NCBI GenBank assembly: GCA_024639145.1
Contig: JAHEIZ010000014.1
Span: 4,543 to 68,542 of the forward strand
Source: Actinomycetes bacterium
Lineage (GTDB): Bacteria; Actinomycetota; Actinomycetes; S36-B12
DNA: 64,000 bases
Direction: 5' to 3'
Shown here: piece by piece, positions 63,587 to 64,000 of the stretch
Layout of the letters: each line of letters begins with the position of its first letter
Position numbering within the stretch: the first letter of the stretch is position 1
Program-made: the position numbers and the translations under genes
Notes under the pieces: generated by a model
Database searches by the model: none
Seen by the model: the letters and a program-made list of their open reading frames with translations, nothing else
What the model was told of the DNA's origin: nothing

Positions 63587-64000
63587 ATGAGTTACGAGCA
63601 GATACAACTCGACATCGTCTCCCCCACCGCGACCATCACCCTCAATCGCCCCGAGGCGATGAACGCGATCACCGTGGTGATGCTCGGGGAGCTGGCCGAC
63701 GCCCTCGCCGTGATTGCCGCTGATCCGTCGATTCGCGCGGTGATCATCACCGGTGAGGGACGCGCCTTCAGCGCCGGAGTGGATCTCAAGGCACTGGGCA
63801 CGCGATCACTGGAGGGCGGTGCCGTCGGCGACTACCTCGATATCCCGGCGCGTGCGGTCATCACCGCGATCGCATCTCTCGAGGCGATCGTCATCGCGAA
63901 GGTCAACGGCTTCTGCTTCACCGGTGCTCTCGAACTCGCCCTTGCCTGCGACCTGATCATCGCCGCCGATGAGGCGAAGTTCGGTGACACGCATGCGAAG
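63587..64000 (+). CDS. enoyl-CoA hydratase/isomerase (crotonase) family protein, partial (runs off window; absent from ORF track)
   Basis: Hand translation from ATG 63587 gives MSYEQIQLDIVSPTATITLNRPEAMNAI...ITGEGRAFSAGVDLKAL...NGFCFTGALELALACDLIIAADEAKF. These are the classic crotonase oxyanion-hole motifs. Confidence 0.88.
   Translation, partial: MSYEQIQLDIVSPTATITLNRPEAMNAITVVMLGELADALAVIAADPSIRAVIITGEGRAFSAGVDLKALGTRSLEGGAVGDYLDIPARAVITAIASLEAIVIAKVNGFCFTGALELALACDLIIAADEAKFGDTHAK

Overview
This is a high-GC actinobacterial chromosome segment. I recognise the gene order from memory as the conserved actinobacterial core block, which in Mycobacterium tuberculosis runs holB/topA, DECH helicase plus Tad-like locus, marP, crp, the ArsA-like ATPase pair, whiB, ponA, asd/ask, recR, dnaX, then ffs/tRNA-Ser. 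The taxon cannot be fixed from sequence alone; a Micrococcales-like organism is a guess.

I call about 60 protein genes, 4 tRNAs (Thr-CGT, Pro-CGG, Ser-GGA, Ser-CGA), a small SRP RNA, several strong hairpin terminators and a few palindromic operator candidates. Two open-ended genes at the window edges are missing from the ORF track: a putative restriction endonuclease (1..1057, minus) and an enoyl-CoA hydratase (63587..64000, plus). Many long ORFs in the track are antisense or out-of-frame shadows typical of high-GC DNA. Several track ORFs also carry spurious N-terminal extensions, which I trimmed.

The core block is interrupted by accessory insertions:
- A C5-methyltransferase/endonuclease pair on the 3' flank of tRNA-Thr.
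- Three toxin-antitoxin modules: VapBC, YefM-RelE, and an HTH-fused MNT with a HEPN toxin.
- An orphan carbohydrate-type sulfotransferase after tRNA-Pro.
- A 6.3-kb segment between ffs and dnaX. It encodes a roughly 1250-aa surface protein (beta-propeller, six Cys-pair Ig-like repeats, OmpA-like domain) divergent from a LuxR-type response regulator and an unusual 8-TM histidine kinase.
- A secreted Lon-type (S16) lipoprotein after the tRNA-Ser pair.

The items I consider most worth follow-up:
- The helicase/Tad-like secretion neighbourhood, whose function is unresolved.
- The ffs-dnaX insertion.
- The HTH-MNT/HEPN module with its perfect 18-bp palindrome.
- The extracytoplasmic S16 protease.
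- Several apparently catalytically degenerate enzymes: a Fic-like protein, a CpaE-like protein without Walker lysines, and an EphE-like hydrolase without its nucleophile.

No CRISPR array, transposase, integrase or prophage was seen.
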